Shown: positions 35,885-48,723 of the stretch, in pieces | Numbering within the stretch: the first letter of the stretch is position 1 | Layout of the letters: each line of letters begins with the position of its first letter | Assembly (NCBI GenBank): GCA_001599295.1 | Contig: BCGN01000002.1 | Location: 372,001-436,000, forward strand | Reading direction: 5' to 3' | Length of the DNA stretch: 64,000 bases | Source: Sporopachydermia quercuum | Taxonomy: Eukaryota | Made by a program: the position numbers and the translations under genes | Notes under the pieces: generated by a model | Databases searched by the model: none | Told to the model about the DNA's origin: nothing | Seen by the model: only the letters and a program-made list of their open reading frames with translations

Positions 35885-37485
35885 TCAGTTTTGAACTGAA
35901 AGTATGTCGTAAATCAGTCTCTTTAGTTCTTTCTTTGTTCCTAGAGTGTTATCTTCGACTTGAGGTTTTGTAGATATTGGTTCGGAGCTGTCTTTTGTTC
36001 GTATAGCAATCGAAGAAGTTGGTTGGGCATGGACATTGTGCGGTGTCGTGAACATAGGATTTAGGGACGGCTCTGATTTTATAGGAGCCGGAATATCATC
36101 ATCTATCAGATCCGATATCGGGTTCTTCTTGTTGCAGCATGTCCAGTCATCATCATCATGAAGCATAGTCGAACTTAGCTTTGTCAAGATACCTGAACGT
36201 TCAACAATTGAATACGGAAAGAGTTCTGTTGAATTATGGAAATCTTCTATTGTGATCAAGACAGACTCCTTCTTGTATGTCTCTTTTGCTTTCTTATTCT
36301 GTCTGTCTTTTGTTGACAGCTTAGTTGTAGTACGAAGTCCTGTATCTTGATCCACTAAAATCGAGAATTTGTTAGACTTTCGTATCCTCACTGTTTCAAG
36401 AGTTTGATACAATAAGTTCTTTAGGTGATACTCTAATCCAAGAAGCATTATCTCAGTAGCATTTTGGCCAAGCCCACCTAATAGGCCATGCTCTCTCAAT
36501 ATACCTAACATTCTTTCTCTTAAAGCATCATTATCTGGCAACTCAAACGTTTCTGACGCTAGTGGTGCTTGATAGCTATGAATGATATCTTGTGACCAGT
36601 TGATGAGACCACCTCCCGCAGAGATCTTTTCCTTGTCGCTGACAATGGGTATTTTAGGTACCAGTTCACGTCTTGCTGTAGCATAAGCACTATCGAAATA
36701 GTCAGGATCTTTGCCTGAGTTCTGCAGATTGTTAGTATTCACATAAATCAAGGTGTATGAAGCAATTATTATAAGATAAATCTATCTAAATAATTACATC
36801 TTGTGAGTAACTAACTTACTTCCTTGATTAGCTTTATTCTTTTCCTTTCTCTGACTGGCAATGCTAAAATATCTGTTTTTACCCGTTCGTATTGGGTAAC
36901 TGCCTTATTTGAGCCTCTATCCTTCCTCTTCTTACCAAATGCATTGAATACGGATGAACTATTAGATGATTGTGGTGGGTTTCTGAAGGCATTTACTAAA
37001 TTTGCTAACAGAAACTGGTTATGCATTCGAACCGTACGGGGGTTTAGTATATCTGATAAAGAATCTTTCAGTTCATGTCGTGTGAGTTTACCTACAGAGT
37101 AATGTTAGCTTATAAACCCCATAAAACCTCCGACAATAAAGGTTCTATTGTTAAGCTTGCATAGAACTATTCACTTACCTGTTAAGAATTTCTGTAAAAC
37201 CGTATGATACTCCTCCCAATTTTTTCCCAGTGCTCTTTGAAACTCTATAGTAATTGACTCTATGTCTAGTCTTTTAGGAACTTGGGGTTGCTGCTTTGAT
37301 AGCTTTGACGCGTTTGCAAGATTTAATGCGCTTTGACTCGATGCAATATTTATTGGATTGATAGACATAGCACCATTTGTTACTGAATCCTGATCCATAC
37401 CTCTATCTGCAGCAAAATTATCATCTACCAAGTCGGATCCTGGTGCAATGGGGCTACTTTGAAGAGGACTTGACATTGTTTGCAT
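35885..37485 (-). CDS. HFI1: SAGA subunit Ada1/Hfi1; exons 37485-37179, 37091-36820 and 36721-35885
   Basis: 'ALGKNWEEY...FLTG/KLTRHEL...MHNQFLLANL', 'ILALPVRERKRIK' and 'PLASETFELPD..ALRERMLGILREHGL'. Two GTAAGT introns with CTAAC branch points. Confidence 0.9.
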
Positions 37486-38337
37486 CTTAAAATTGAATGA
37501 ATGATAACTCTCTCTTGCTCAATATCAACTTAGTCAAGCGACAGTGAGCCTAATATTGTATACAGATTGCTGAGATAGTTTTCAGAATCTATCTCGGCGT
37601 TATCTTCTAATGTAAAGATTAATGTTTGATAACTACGAATATTAATTGCTTATATGAGTTCATTTGAGATAGATTAACACCATAAGCTACCCCAGGTTAT
37701 TTGATACTTTCAATCCTTTGCACTAATGATTGCACAATTCAATCTTGAGATGAATAACTAGTTTCACATCTCCATTTGTCTTTGAGAACACCCAAACAAC
37801 TTAAAATTAAATAACTATATAAGCTTTCATTTCCTAATTTAGTGTACCTGCATAATACCACATATGACCACAGGATATTAATTACATTTGATCACATAAA
37901 CGTTGATAGTTGAGTTGGCTCCAAAAACCTTTCATCAATGTGTGGTGTTATAAACAGCCATTCCAGCATAAGAAGGGAATAGCTTGTATTTTAAGGTAAT
38001 GATGAAGATGTTTAGAACTAGAAATTATATAAAGGAATATTGCTAGAGTTCGTAGTAATCGAATATTTTTCTGATATAATCCGGATTATCAGGCTCAACT
38101 AAGGCACAAAAATATAAAATGTATGATTGTATTTTCTTGGATGGCTATTCATATTGTACACGGTATAAATTATATATGGGGTAATCAGTAAGACCTAAAA
38201 TAATAATACACTAGATTCATAAAATTTCATGGTTTCTCTTGCATGAAGGTCTCCCTGTTCTCTTTATTCGTTCGCTTACTTCTTCTCTCTGTTGACTCTT
38301 TTTTCATTCAACCTTATATTATCAGACCACATTCTAT

Positions 38338-40374
38338 TCAAGCATCCATCATGGTAATATCTCGAACAGAGGATTGGTCAAGGACAGGCTGACCCTCATC
38401 GATTTCACCTTTGACAGATGACCATATCTTACCAGAGCGAACTGAAGAATCAAAACGGTGCTTAAATGGGAATGATGGCTTATCTGGGACAACGTTTGGA
38501 GGAATATCAGAGAGAACTGTGGCTCGTGAGTTCCCACTTGACTTCTGAAGGGGACGGACAAAAGCAGAGTTCACATCTTGTTCCTGGGGTCCGTCACGAT
38601 AGATGTTCGTTTTCCATCCATTTTTCAAACCGGGTGCTCGGGCATTAGTGTTGTCGGCGTTCAGTTTCAGTAAATGGATGTCTTTTCTCTGGTTATCGAT
38701 AACATTCTGTAGTTCCATGTTTTTACGTTTTGCATCAAGATATTCATTTTCCAGGTCTCTTAACTGTCTTTCTAAAGACCGTGTCAATAACTCACTAGCT
38801 AGTTTTGTTTTATCATGTTTACATTTCTCCTGCTTTAGAATATCCAACTGCGATTCTTTTTGCTCTAGCAACATTTCCTGTTGTTTGATCTTAGACTCCC
38901 GCACTTCAAGCTCAGTTTGGAACATGATCTTTTTTTCCTCGTACTTCTTGATGAACTGTTCTTCCATATACCTATTACGTTCCTGAGATTGCGAAAGCGT
39001 TTTCTGAAGTTTTAGGACTTCTTCCGATCTAGCCGACGCAGTTTCTGTTATGATAGATAGCTCAGTCTTGAGTTTTGCATAATTCTCATCTATATTACGC
39101 CTATTCCTTTCTGTTATTTCACTTTTGACCATTTCAAGTTGATGAGCTAGTGAGCCATTGTCTCGACTTAACTCAAGATTCCGAGATTGGAGTAATTCTA
39201 ACTGGTTTCTGAAACTTGCTGCTGTTTGAGTTGACATCTCTGTTTCATTTTTCGTCTGACTTACCATACGTTGCAATTGATTGATGTGATTTGCTTGCTG
39301 TTCCATCATGTGTTTTGATTCAATCAGTTCTTTTTCCAATCCAGTGTTCATATGATATTGGTCGACGTATTTGATCTCAGGAAACACTGGCTGCTTTATT
39401 GTCTGAACATATTGTCTATATAATCTATCGTAATATATCAGAAGTTTAGTATTCTTTCGTATTTCAAAATTAAGCTGGGATTCTAAGTCGATTATCAGTT
39501 CATTCTGCTCCTTAGCAAACTTATAGTAAAACTCCTTCTCTTGGGCTATCTCATATAGTTTTGTAGAATCATTGATCTGTGATCTTTTTTTCTGTATGTT
39601 ATTAGAACCATTCTTATTAGTGATCTGAAGAGTCGGTATGGAACTAATACTCTTATTATTGACCTCAGACTGAAAATTGCCAACTATTTCACTCAATTTC
39701 TGTTTCTGTATGTATACCTGCTGTAAAATATTCGAAAGCTTCTTTTGGAATGGGTCTTCGAGCTCCAACATCTCAACTATTTCAGCAACAGGTTTTATAT
39801 CAGAAATCCCTGAAGAAGTACCGCCTGTAGTATTACCGGTTTCCCCAATCAGAGGATGATGTGGTCTATCTATTTTCTTCTCTCGAGAATTAGAGTCTAT
39901 CGGGTTTTCATTTACTTTGCCAATTAAGTTTTCAGTTTTCGAAACCCAAGGACTAGGAAACTTTCCTGGATAATCGACAGCTAAACCGCTCTTCGAGTTT
40001 CTACTATATTTGGTTCCATATGTTGTCGATACGTCGAACAGTGCAGTCGCATTCTCATCCTCATCATTCTCGCCTTTTTCCTTGTCAGTAATGGGCAGTA
40101 ACTTGCTACTTTCATTGAAACCTTTAGCCCAAGAGACTGTTTTCAGTTTACTTGCTGTTCCTGGGGTTTTGAGAATGCCTCCATTTAGTGTTCGAGTCGG
40201 AAGTCGTATAGGTGTTGAAAGTTCATCGAGATTTTTTGCTTGTGGTTGAATTATACGATCTCTAGCTAATACAGATGATAATCTGCGCTTTACGTCATCT
40301 GAAAGATTTCTGTTGTTCTCTTTTTCCGGTTTCTTTCTTGGGAGTTCAATCATGGTCGCCGAATTAATTGTCAT
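38338..40374 (-). CDS. Spindle pole body coiled-coil protein (Cut12/Bbp1-like)
   Basis: 'GILKTPGT...KTVSW' and 'PGKFPSPW' motifs followed by a long coiled coil. Confidence 0.7.
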   Translation of the reverse strand: MTINSATMIELPRKKPEKENNRNLSDDVKRRLSSVLARDRIIQPQAKNLDELSTPIRLPTRTLNGGILKTPGTASKLKTVSWAKGFNESSKLLPITDKEKGENDEDENATALFDVSTTYGTKYSRNSKSGLAVDYPGKFPSPWVSKTENLIGKVNENPIDSNSREKKIDRPHHPLIGETGNTTGGTSSGISDIKPVAEIVEMLELEDPFQKKLSNILQQVYIQKQKLSEIVGNFQSEVNNKSISSIPTLQITNKNGSNNIQKKRSQINDSTKLYEIAQEKEFYYKFAKEQNELIIDLESQLNFEIRKNTKLLIYYDRLYRQYVQTIKQPVFPEIKYVDQYHMNTGLEKELIESKHMMEQQANHINQLQRMVSQTKNETEMSTQTAASFRNQLELLQSRNLELSRDNGSLAHQLEMVKSEITERNRRNIDENYAKLKTELSIITETASARSEEVLKLQKTLSQSQERNRYMEEQFIKKYEEKKIMFQTELEVRESKIKQQEMLLEQKESQLDILKQEKCKHDKTKLASELLTRSLERQLRDLENEYLDAKRKNMELQNVIDNQRKDIHLLKLNADNTNARAPGLKNGWKTNIYRDGPQEQDVNSAFVRPLQKSSGNSRATVLSDIPPNVVPDKPSFPFKHRFDSSVRSGKIWSSVKGEIDEGQPVLDQSSVRDITMMDA

Positions 40375-43300
40375 TATCAACTCAACATTTCTTGTTCAGT
40401 TTATATACTTCCGAAAAAGAAAATTAAAACATCAAGCAAAAGCAAATAGTGGTGAATAAATCAGTACTCCGTGAAAGTGAGCGTTTCACTTCTTTACAAA
40501 TGATCTGGCTCAAAGTGATTCAGTTCTTTGTCAAAGGGTTGATTAAATCAAACAGGATTAATGATAATCCTAGTCAGCTTGTGTAGCAATGTCTTTTGAA
40601 TTTGCAAATTCGTATTATCAAGTGAAAATCTCGGAAGCTCAATTACAATTTATAGTTTTAGTTATATGAATGTTGAAACAAACCAGACATATGTGTTACT
40701 ATGGTGTGTTATTGATGTTAGGTAATGTAATTTGAGTTTTATATTTTTATTTGTAAGGCCTGATAGTAATTTGATACTAATCAGTAGAAATATAAACACA
40801 TTTTGTTGTCATGACAACCCCATCACGTGATTATAGATAAATGATTATGTAATCATTGGTATTAATCCACCAATAAGGCGAAGCATAAGAATGGGACAAT
40901 CGCTGGTATCAAGGAGAAATAAACCATGACCGACTTAACTTTGAAAGTACGAAATTGCACGATAGTAACAGGAATGAAATTAGAATTAGAATTAGAGGCA
41001 TAAAGTCAAGTTCTTCGGAGGTTGAATAAGAACGATTCCATCATCTAAAATATGAGTGTCTTATCTGCATGATTGTTAAGCATTTTTGAAATGATAAAGA
41101 AGTCATTTCCATCGTTGAGGTGAATAAAAAACGAAACAAAAAAAAAATTTCTTGAACTCGACGTCTGCGAACCTATACTCTTTATCTCATTAGTGCCGTT
41201 TCAATATAAGACTAAATGATGCGCACGGTGTTATTGTTCAGTCAAAGCACTCCTTTTAAAAAAAAATCCCTAGTACTATTTCAGCTAGTTTTTGTTTTAT
41301 CTTGTAACAAAAGTTGTCCCTAAAAGAATGTGGCTTATCACTCGTACATTCTTTCCGGAGATCTATAATCAATCTCTCACAAAAAGCTGATAGCAGGAGC
41401 TTTTTATATCAATCAAAGGCAATTGCTTACCCCGTAACTTAGAAGTTTATTTTTCTTCGTTCGCGCTAGTCTCAATGAGGAGATTACGAAGTAGGGAATT
41501 GACAAGATATAAGGTTTAATTTAATGTCACCTAAATAGAGTATATACTATACACGTACCTGTAATGGGTACCTAAAATTTCAGTTGCCAGATCAAATATT
41601 CGTTTATCTTGTTCAGGGCTTTTGATTTAACTCTCGTCCTTCTTTTTNCGCTATAGCATACGTTTGAATGAAAAGAGATATGTAGTTATCTTCAGCAAGA
41701 ATCAACTAAGCCATTCAGTTCACTGCAGAGATCACACAGACCGCGTGTATGCAACAGCAGTGTTTGATTGACTATAGTCTATTTAGTTCAAGGGGTTGTA
41801 TCATTGCATTATCAATGGTATCAGGGAAGCAAGCTAGCCTAAATGACGAATTGTATAAATAGGAAGAATGGTACGGTTTTATGGACAGCACACTAAACGT
41901 CACAGTAGCGGATCATAAACCAACTAACTTGATAAGAAACCTTAGTGGTATAATTCAGATGAAGTATATATACATATATTTTTCTCTTAGTAATGCTATG
42001 AGTACCAAGTTTCAGTTCATTCAAACAAAATTAATGTTATGGCAGACTTATGTTCTTTAAAACCAAAGTTTCTATCAAACCAGGTGAGGCTACCTGACAT
42101 TACAAACTCTTCATTATTTCCATCCTCAAGCGTGACCATTCTACTTCCAAGTAGTATATAACTTTTTTATATTTTTCTTTTTTTCAACTAATTCAAATGA
42201 ACGTGTTAAAATCCAAACAAAAATCAGAACAAATTCATCATACATTTATTATTGCAACAACTGTTACTTGACTTGTATTCTTTGGAGTCCCTATCATTTG
42301 AAACGGAGTTAAGGTTCATCCAGACTGCCCCATAGGGATACCATACTTTTTATGGTTATTTTTCCATTGAGTTATTCGCTAAAACCTAATTCATTTCCTC
42401 ATTCTCTCGTTGACAAAAATTAAATGGTTTTCAAATCAAAACCAATTAGATCAAATCGGTAATGTCAACCAATTTATTAAAGTAGGATTTAGTTAGCGCA
42501 GAATTTTGGGCTTTTGCTGACAAAGAATTGAATCAACATTCAATAAATGTTGAAGACCCATCCCTCATTATGTAGTTGGGTTCAAGCTCGACACACAAAC
42601 CCCCATTGTTTGTGTGGTTAAATTAAGTTTTATATACAGAAGGAGTACCTAGATATAGAGTAGAGAATTGGGATATTTCTAGGAGGGGATTGCGTACTAT
42701 TTTGAAGTGATTCGGCTAATTTTGTGATGCGAAATTCTCACTAGCAGTGTTCCTTGAGCAGGAAAAAACATAAATAAACAAGAACATTGATCTAGTTGTA
42801 TAAGGTTTATCGTTAACTGCCTTTCACAATAAACGTGACAATTCAGTTGTAGATGCTCTTTCTTTAAAAACCCAGTTATAATAATCATTTCCAAATATCT
42901 CCATGGTTACCAAATCTTTGAACTAGTGATATTGCCATTATCTTTTTTGCCGTAATTGGACATTTTTTGGACATAGAGAGTTCGTCTACCATTAAGATTC
43001 TTGGAAGAATTAAGATGGACGCTATACCATTTTTATGATTAATCATGATTCTGACTAAAAGTAAGACTTTCACTATTCATTGTCTTGAAGTCCCTTGATT
43101 AACGAAAAAAATAGTTTACAATTGACATCAATCATTTGGCAGTTTAAATTGTAAGATATCACTACTAGCAGTTATGATTGATACGAAATACATCAAGCAA
43201 CACAACAATAATTCTGGCGATTTTTCGTCTATGACTTGACAAATCTGTGACAAATAAATATTGTAGTGTTACGTAAATTCAACAATCTATACATCATCCA

Positions 43301-44489
43301 GAATACTAAAGACCCCTAGCATTCAGCGAAGATCAATGTAAAAAAATCAGAACGGTAATTATAAAGTAGTACATCTCGTTGCAAGTTTAGTTTAGATGTT
43401 ATGTCATTGGACTAATTTTACCAATTTTTATTGCTTAAACAGAAATAACAGAAAGTAGGACAATTAGATGCGATTTTCAGTTAGTTAGTCCAGTGGAATC
43501 TAAAGTCAGACAAAAGTTGTCCGTCATATTTATAGAATTTTAGACAGAATGGTTTACGCCATGCTATCTGTAAATCTCACGACCTCTGTGAAGATTCTGC
43601 AAAGGTTAGATGAGTGGATATAGTTTGGAATTAGACTACTAGAACAATTACATATATATAAATTGTTCTTAAAATTCGATTCTTTGAGACAAGTAGTAGT
43701 GATGAGATAATTACTTTGCAAGAGATGTGATCTTTATCAAAAGGGGACAAGGGAGGCTTAGCGATTATAAGAACATGTATCTGATTACTCTTTGTATTTC
43801 CAATAGCGTTGATAAAATGCATATTTTATTATTTTCAGTTATTCTGCGATTTCACCTGTCGCTGGTACTTTTCCAACAATGTTTATTCTATTAAAATAAA
43901 AATTGAAATAAACTCCGTTTACTTAGGTTCACCATACATAAGAATAAACAACCGAAGGGCCCATGCTTATAGATCAATAAGAATTATATCTATATTTTTG
44001 TTATGTTTGGTCTGTAGTTTATGATTCAACTGTTTCATAAATGTATAGGAATTGATTATCACTTAACGATCTAAAAGCGTAAATATTCTACATCGTACTA
44101 ACAAATAGAAAGGATTAATCAAGCTTGTCACTACGATAGCTTCTGAGCTTACGATAAGATTCTCTATACTATTGAGATGAAGAAAAAGAACCGTTGAGTT
44201 AGTACGATGTCTAAAGACCTAACCCCCATCATTGAGAAGATGCAACCCTACACGTTCTGAAACAGTAAAACCCATTCAATTGCGTAACCATTATTAAAGC
44301 TTAAACGAACGCATAATGGGCATAATATAATGTGCATAATGTGTCCAACAACATGCTCAATATTTCTGGCGCGGTGGGACGCAGATTTATGCGCTACTTC
44401 CTTCTCTGAGGAACGCTGGGAGGAATAGGAAAAAGAAGGGAACTCGTTTCTTGAATAAAGGACTTCCAAACTACAATGGACATCATCAT

Positions 44490-45510
44490 GAGGTTGCGCA
44501 AAGCTCATGCTCCGATTGAGATATCGCCCGTGATATCAGGAGCATAGTAATTCACCTACGTAAAGGAAAAAAGTCGTCCTTTTAAAACTTTTATTGATCT
44601 CTCGACCACCATCCTATGTCTGGAATGGATTAAATTGAAATATTCCTATTTGTTTGCAGGATCATCAGATCCTTTCGACCACTGATTAAGATAATATGGA
44701 ATTCTCCGATGTGGGGAAGGTACCTTGGCCGATAGACGATAGCCTGCATCCTCAAAAAAATAGTTGCTAGGGACATTGAATCCCTCAGTACACAAAACTT
44801 CTAGTACATGCCTTTCATGAGCTGAACCTTCGCACCCAGCTTTGACATACAGAAACTATTGATTGAAAACCACCAGAACGTTTATCGACCCAAAAGCCAT
44901 TCTATTCCTAAAGACTTCCATATTGCCTTTGATATTGACTGGAGCATGAGTTCCATCAAGTGCACCCAAACTATTACGAAGTAAAGGTGATTCTTTGCCA
45001 AACCATTAAANCTGAAACGGGTAAACTAATCCATTTTATCGCAAATTTCCTAAAGTACTTACACATCTTCCGGATGTAGGATCACCTCCGCCCTTCAATC
45101 TATGGGATCTTTTAGCATCCTATTTGAGTATCCATGTAATACAAACAAATAAATCGCTAGCTCCTCACGGGCTGTTACAGATTTAAATCTCCAAGACCGA
45201 AATTATATAATTTTCTTCTCAAATCATAAGTGTTATTCTATTCATATGCCCTTTCTCGTCAAGCTACCATAGCTTGCAAGAAGATTTGTAAATTAAGGAT
45301 TACCAAATATCCACTTGTAAGATTTCCCTTTTCCAGCTCTTCTTTACTTTCGAAGCTCGATGACAAGTTCAATGATTTCAACTACCCTGGCACATCGAAT
45401 ATAGAACCCGATATTGTCGTTGCTATTGTGTTGATCAATATCATCCTCCAGAAACTCATCACCGGACGAGGAACCACTTTCGGAACCCGAAATTCCGGAC
45501 TGCTCAGATA
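44490..45510 (-). mobile_element. Decayed PIF/Harbinger-type DDE transposase (DDE_Tnp_4/HARBI1-like)
   Basis: Acidic N-terminus, 'VTAREELAIYLFVLHGYSNR', 'FRNSLGALDGTH' (~44946-44980), 'FRNR', 'FLYVKAGCEGSAHE', 'YFFEDAGY' (~44738-44762) and 'EYFNLIHSRHRMVVERSIKVLKGR'. Several stops and frameshifts. Confidence 0.9.
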
Positions 45511-45749
45511 TTATATCTGCTTCAAATTCAATGAGTATCTTTCAAATCCACCGCTATGCTCAAGGCAGACCAACTAGCGTTATTCTCGCTTTCTGCGTTC
45601 GGCCAGATTAGCGCAGGCAATTGGAGGCCTCCTCAACGAATTTTTCCCATTCCGAATCACCATTGACATCGGCCAAGAACCGACACGAGTGAAGTAATCG
45701 TGTCAGGAGCGGTGACAGCTTTCAATCCGCAAGCACCATTAAATAAATA

Positions 45750-46682
45750 TCAGGCTTGCGAGCGGACTATCTCGAATATCAGAAGCGTGGAAAGTGGAAA
45801 GTGGACGACAGTTGTTCCCGCATACGGGTCTTCTTTTTCGATCGCGACTTCACGCGTTGCCAGTGTTACCAGCTTGCATTTGACGGGAACACAGCCATAA
45901 TCGGTCGGCGTTACGTCCACGAGAGCGACTGCGCTTAATCCAAGAGGTTCAAGCGAATCAACGACCTTTTCACTGGAAGACTGGCCGTGTCTGGCAATCG
46001 CGATAGCATCCTCCCGTGTGATCGGTGTTGGCTCTCCTGTCCGGTAAGGCGGACACGTTCTTCCCATTGGGTCAGGTGAGGCAATTGAGAGAATATTTCC
46101 TCTGTCGCGCGCACGAATAATCGGGTTGTCCATAGTTGCGCATATCTTTCCATATCTGCGAGATTGGGAGAGTCTCTAACCCAAAGCGGTCTTTGATCCG
46201 ATAACTGTTTGTCGATTATCGCGCGATGTGACGGCAATACCGACAGGAGACAAGGGATTTCGCCATCAAGCGCATCAATATCCATGAATGACCTGAAGTA
46301 CTTTTTCCTGTCCTGCATCAGCTCGGGAGGGAAAGACCTCTTGCTGTCGCCGATGGCAAGCCCCGAACACACCGTCAGAAGGTTGCGGTCAGTGGAAGAA
46401 TTTAGGGTAGTGCATATTCCGTAAGTCGAATCTGGAAAAAGGGTCTTTTCTGAGAACCGCCTTTCAAGTTCCTCAGCTATTAGCTGGAAATTACAATAAA
46501 TATCGGTGTCTATCTGCGTTACCGGAGTTTTCCGATACCCGCCTGTTAGAGCGGTTAGTTTCGGCTTTGGCAAGAGGATTTCCGCATCAAACGATAGTCA
46601 TGACTGACTTTTGTGGCAAGGACCAACAGAACTTTTCAGTAAAAGGCAATGATGCAAAACGATGCGGCATCACTTCAGTCAT
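45750..46682 (-). pseudogene. Bacterial-type glutathione S-transferase family pseudogene
   Basis: MTEVMPH...SLPFTEK (ATG 46682), then 'PKPKLTALTGGYRKTPVTQI..DIYC', 'W.ERV' and, after a frameshift near 46040, 'EDAIAIAR...VDVTPTDYG..PV..L....EVAIE..DP.AG..VVHFP'. At least three frame disruptions, no introns, visibly GC-richer than its flanks. Confidence 0.88.
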
Positions 46683-48723
46683 TGTTGCAATACAGATTAT
46701 GATGTATTAGAGTATATTATAATAATGAAAAGTTTGTATTTGTGAGCTTTTTTATGGCCTAATAGCAATCAAGTCAAGAGAACTTTGATGCTAGTAAATA
46801 AAGGTTCTAAATAGATCCTGAATTGAGTCTTGGTGTAACTATGTTAGTTACCCGTCCTTTGAAGAAATTGATGAAAATAAGGAGGTAAAAAAAACTAAGA
46901 CAGTAGAAAATAAGAAAATATGCAGTTAAACAATGGTAAACAACGGACGCTATCTTATTGAATTTGGGATATTTCCCAATATGATATTACAGAGATTGTA
47001 CAATCAAATAAGAGTTTCTCCATATTATTTTACTAACCTCTAACTACCATGACCATTCCTTAATCACCGGCTATCTACGTAGAATTGTAAATTGTCTCTC
47101 GGCTTGTTTTGAGCCACTTCTGTAATGAATAAGTTTCTACTATATTTCACAATGAACAGTAATTGTATCTGCCCAATTAAGTCCATTGACCTACTTAACT
47201 GGTAAATATGTCACGTGAATATATGGGACATTTTTTGTTACTATATGGTAATTAACCCTTAACAACAACCACCACCAACACCAAAGTTCAATGACATCAT
47301 GGCAAACGCGTACTATTAGAGATTAGAATTCTCTGACATTCCCGTGGTTGAGCTTTTTGTCGTAATACTAATTAATTAATATTCAAGACAAAGTTGCCTA
47401 TACAACGGACACATTATCACCTCATGAATATATAGAGCGATGTAAGCAAAGAATGTTTCAATCATAATGGAATTAATTTACATTGAATCGCTGTTAAAAT
47501 AAGTTGGATAAAAAATGTATCGATCCTTGATGAGCAAAATAGTAAACTAAGTGTCTAGAATTGAAAAGGAAGATGGAAAGAAGAATTAACACCTAGCCAA
47601 ATATTAATCCCTGAGTTTTATTCTAAGATCTATGCGAATTATTTATGATTTGATTTGTCCGAAAATTTGAGATTATATAGATTCTCCTAAAATACTTTGC
47701 TTGAATCTTCCTAAGTACTCCTTAAAAAAATGAATGAGACATAGTTAAGCTTTAGAAAGCTTAACTAAGTAGTTCAAGCAAACTTTGTAGGAGTCAAATG
47801 TATTTTATACATTTGGAATTTTAGTTACTATCAGTACATCACGTACCTAGTTTCACTAATATTTTAGTACGCTTCGATATAGCTTTGGCGCGTTGAAAGA
47901 TTAACGCTATTGTTAATATTTCAACAAACTTATAATAAGAATTTTAGCATTTCTGAAGCTTCTTTAAAGTTTGGACTATATTCTGTATCCACCAAAACTT
48001 TAGGAATAGAAGATCTCCATAGCGATTTTTGATGCAATTGAAATTAATTTTGTTTGAAGCTCAAAATACTTGAAGTTCATATTAATATAATTCTGTTCCC
48101 ATTCCAAAGAATTCTTCATCACCTCGATAATTGAGTACTAGAAACCTCTTCCTTTTGTTTCTCATTCTTTCAATAACTCAAAGTCACAAAGAGGTATTCA
48201 ACAACCTGAGAATTCTCATTGATTGTATGTCACAAATAAGAGTTGTATTTTTTTTCCCCTTCACTTGCTAGATCATACATTGGTTTTTTGAGAGCTTTCC
48301 AATAATTGGGAAAAGCTGGTATAGTCAAGACATAAGTACCAGGGGTTTCAATCAATGATTCATTCGTTCACTAATATTACAAATTAATCTATTCACTCGC
48401 TTCTTTGAATCATCTTGAAACATTCTCTACCTCGAATTAGATCTGATATTGTAATTGCATTCCTTTCGTTTCATTTCCTGATCTATACATGATTTAATGT
48501 TCATGCTATAGTTCTATAATTTTCAAACAATTTGATTAATTTCCCCCTTCTTTAGACTTGCATTTTTGGTGGATTTTTGTTGATTTTCTTTTTCTATTTT
48601 TCATTTACATGGGCAAACTTGGTTTTGGGTTAGATATCATTCATTAAAACTATTACTACTTGTATTTCATCAAGGAAGATAATTTGAGCTAGCATTTAGA
48701 CATAACGGTCGATATTATACATA

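Noticed and set aside
43880..44020. Minus-strand 'YKHGPFGCL', resembling a copia post-integrase motif
   Set aside because: Too short and isolated to call.
46635..46652. TTGCCTTTTAC on the minus strand, resembling U5 snRNA loop 1
   Set aside because: It is the SLPFTEK codons of the GST pseudogene; no U5 stem or Sm site is evident.
47210..47311. GTCACGTG as CDEI of a point centromere; ACGCGT as an MCB site for the cyclin
   Set aside because: No CDEII/CDEIII arrangement follows, and a single 6-mer 1.4 kb upstream is not distinguishable from chance.
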